Part shown: piece by piece, positions 51,118-51,238 of the stretch
Layout of the letters: every line of letters starts with the position of its first letter
How positions within the stretch are numbered: the first letter of the stretch is position 1
Source of the DNA: Gammaproteobacteria bacterium
GTDB taxonomy: Bacteria > Pseudomonadota > Gammaproteobacteria > Pseudomonadales > Azotimanducaceae
Assembly: GCA_030432795.1 (NCBI GenBank)
Contig: JAUILW010000001.1
Coordinates: 1-51,238 of the forward strand
Length of the DNA: 51,238 nucleotides
Direction of reading: 5' to 3'
Translations under genes and position numbers: made by a program
Notes under the pieces: model-generated
What the model was told of the DNA's origin: nothing
The model's input: only the letters and a program-made list of their open reading frames with translations
The model's database searches: none

Positions 51118-51238
51118 TCCGGCGGCGCTCCGCCGTGCGATAAAAATATGATTTGTATCCGCTTGCCGGTCATGGTGCTATCGGCGCATGCACTTTGTCT
51201 GGTGCATGCCACCTGGGGCGTTCCAGGCCGCGGCACCG
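50349..51238. repeat. Right copy of the terminal overlap (matches 1..890)
   Basis: See the left copy. Confidence 0.95.
51153..51181 (+). promoter_or_regulatory. Second copy of promoter P0
   Basis: Identical to 805-833. Confidence 0.5.

Overview
The window is essentially one complete tailed-phage genome unit of 50,348 bp, visibly GC-rich (about mid-60s % by eye). It wraps around: bases 1-890 repeat 50349-51238 with about 3% divergence. All functional calls below rest on motif recognition and synteny read by eye; no searches were run.

Layout:
1. + strand early cassettes at about 800-4330. Four related promoters drive them, and three sit inside near-identical ~100-bp promoter-leader repeats. 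They encode small proteins, including one paralog pair and one ribbon-helix-helix (RHH) protein.
2. - strand operon from 11672 down to 4656. It carries a RecT / YqaJ-exonuclease pair, a candidate Acb2-like cyclic-nucleotide sponge, tandem paralogs, acidic small proteins, an RHH protein and a 603-aa ParB-like protein.
3. Divergent control region 11673-11972, with a 38-bp palindrome and a 4x heptad repeat.
4. + strand 11973-23211: replication-organiser-like gene, Vsr/DUF559-like endonuclease, M15 peptidase, alpha/beta hydrolase, lipoprotein, a 1404-aa signal-peptide glycosidase/lectin-like protein, a gpZ-like protein and a membrane coiled-coil protein.
5. Lambda-like packaging/head module 23491-32286: ParB-N::DNA methylase, Nu1-like small terminase, gpA-like large terminase, gpW-like protein, portal, S49 protease/scaffold, decoration protein and E-like capsid protein. 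A strong intrinsic terminator closes it.
6. Connector genes, then an eight-gene glycosyltransferase/methyltransferase cassette at 33581-38889, wedged directly in front of the major tail gene.
7. Tail module 38908-51117: tube protein, G/GT chaperone with a T_TTT_TTT -1 frameshift site, tape measure, unusual extra tail genes, BR0599-type hub and a J-like host-specificity protein.

I saw no integrase, CI-type repressor, tRNA, CRISPR array or reverse transcriptase.
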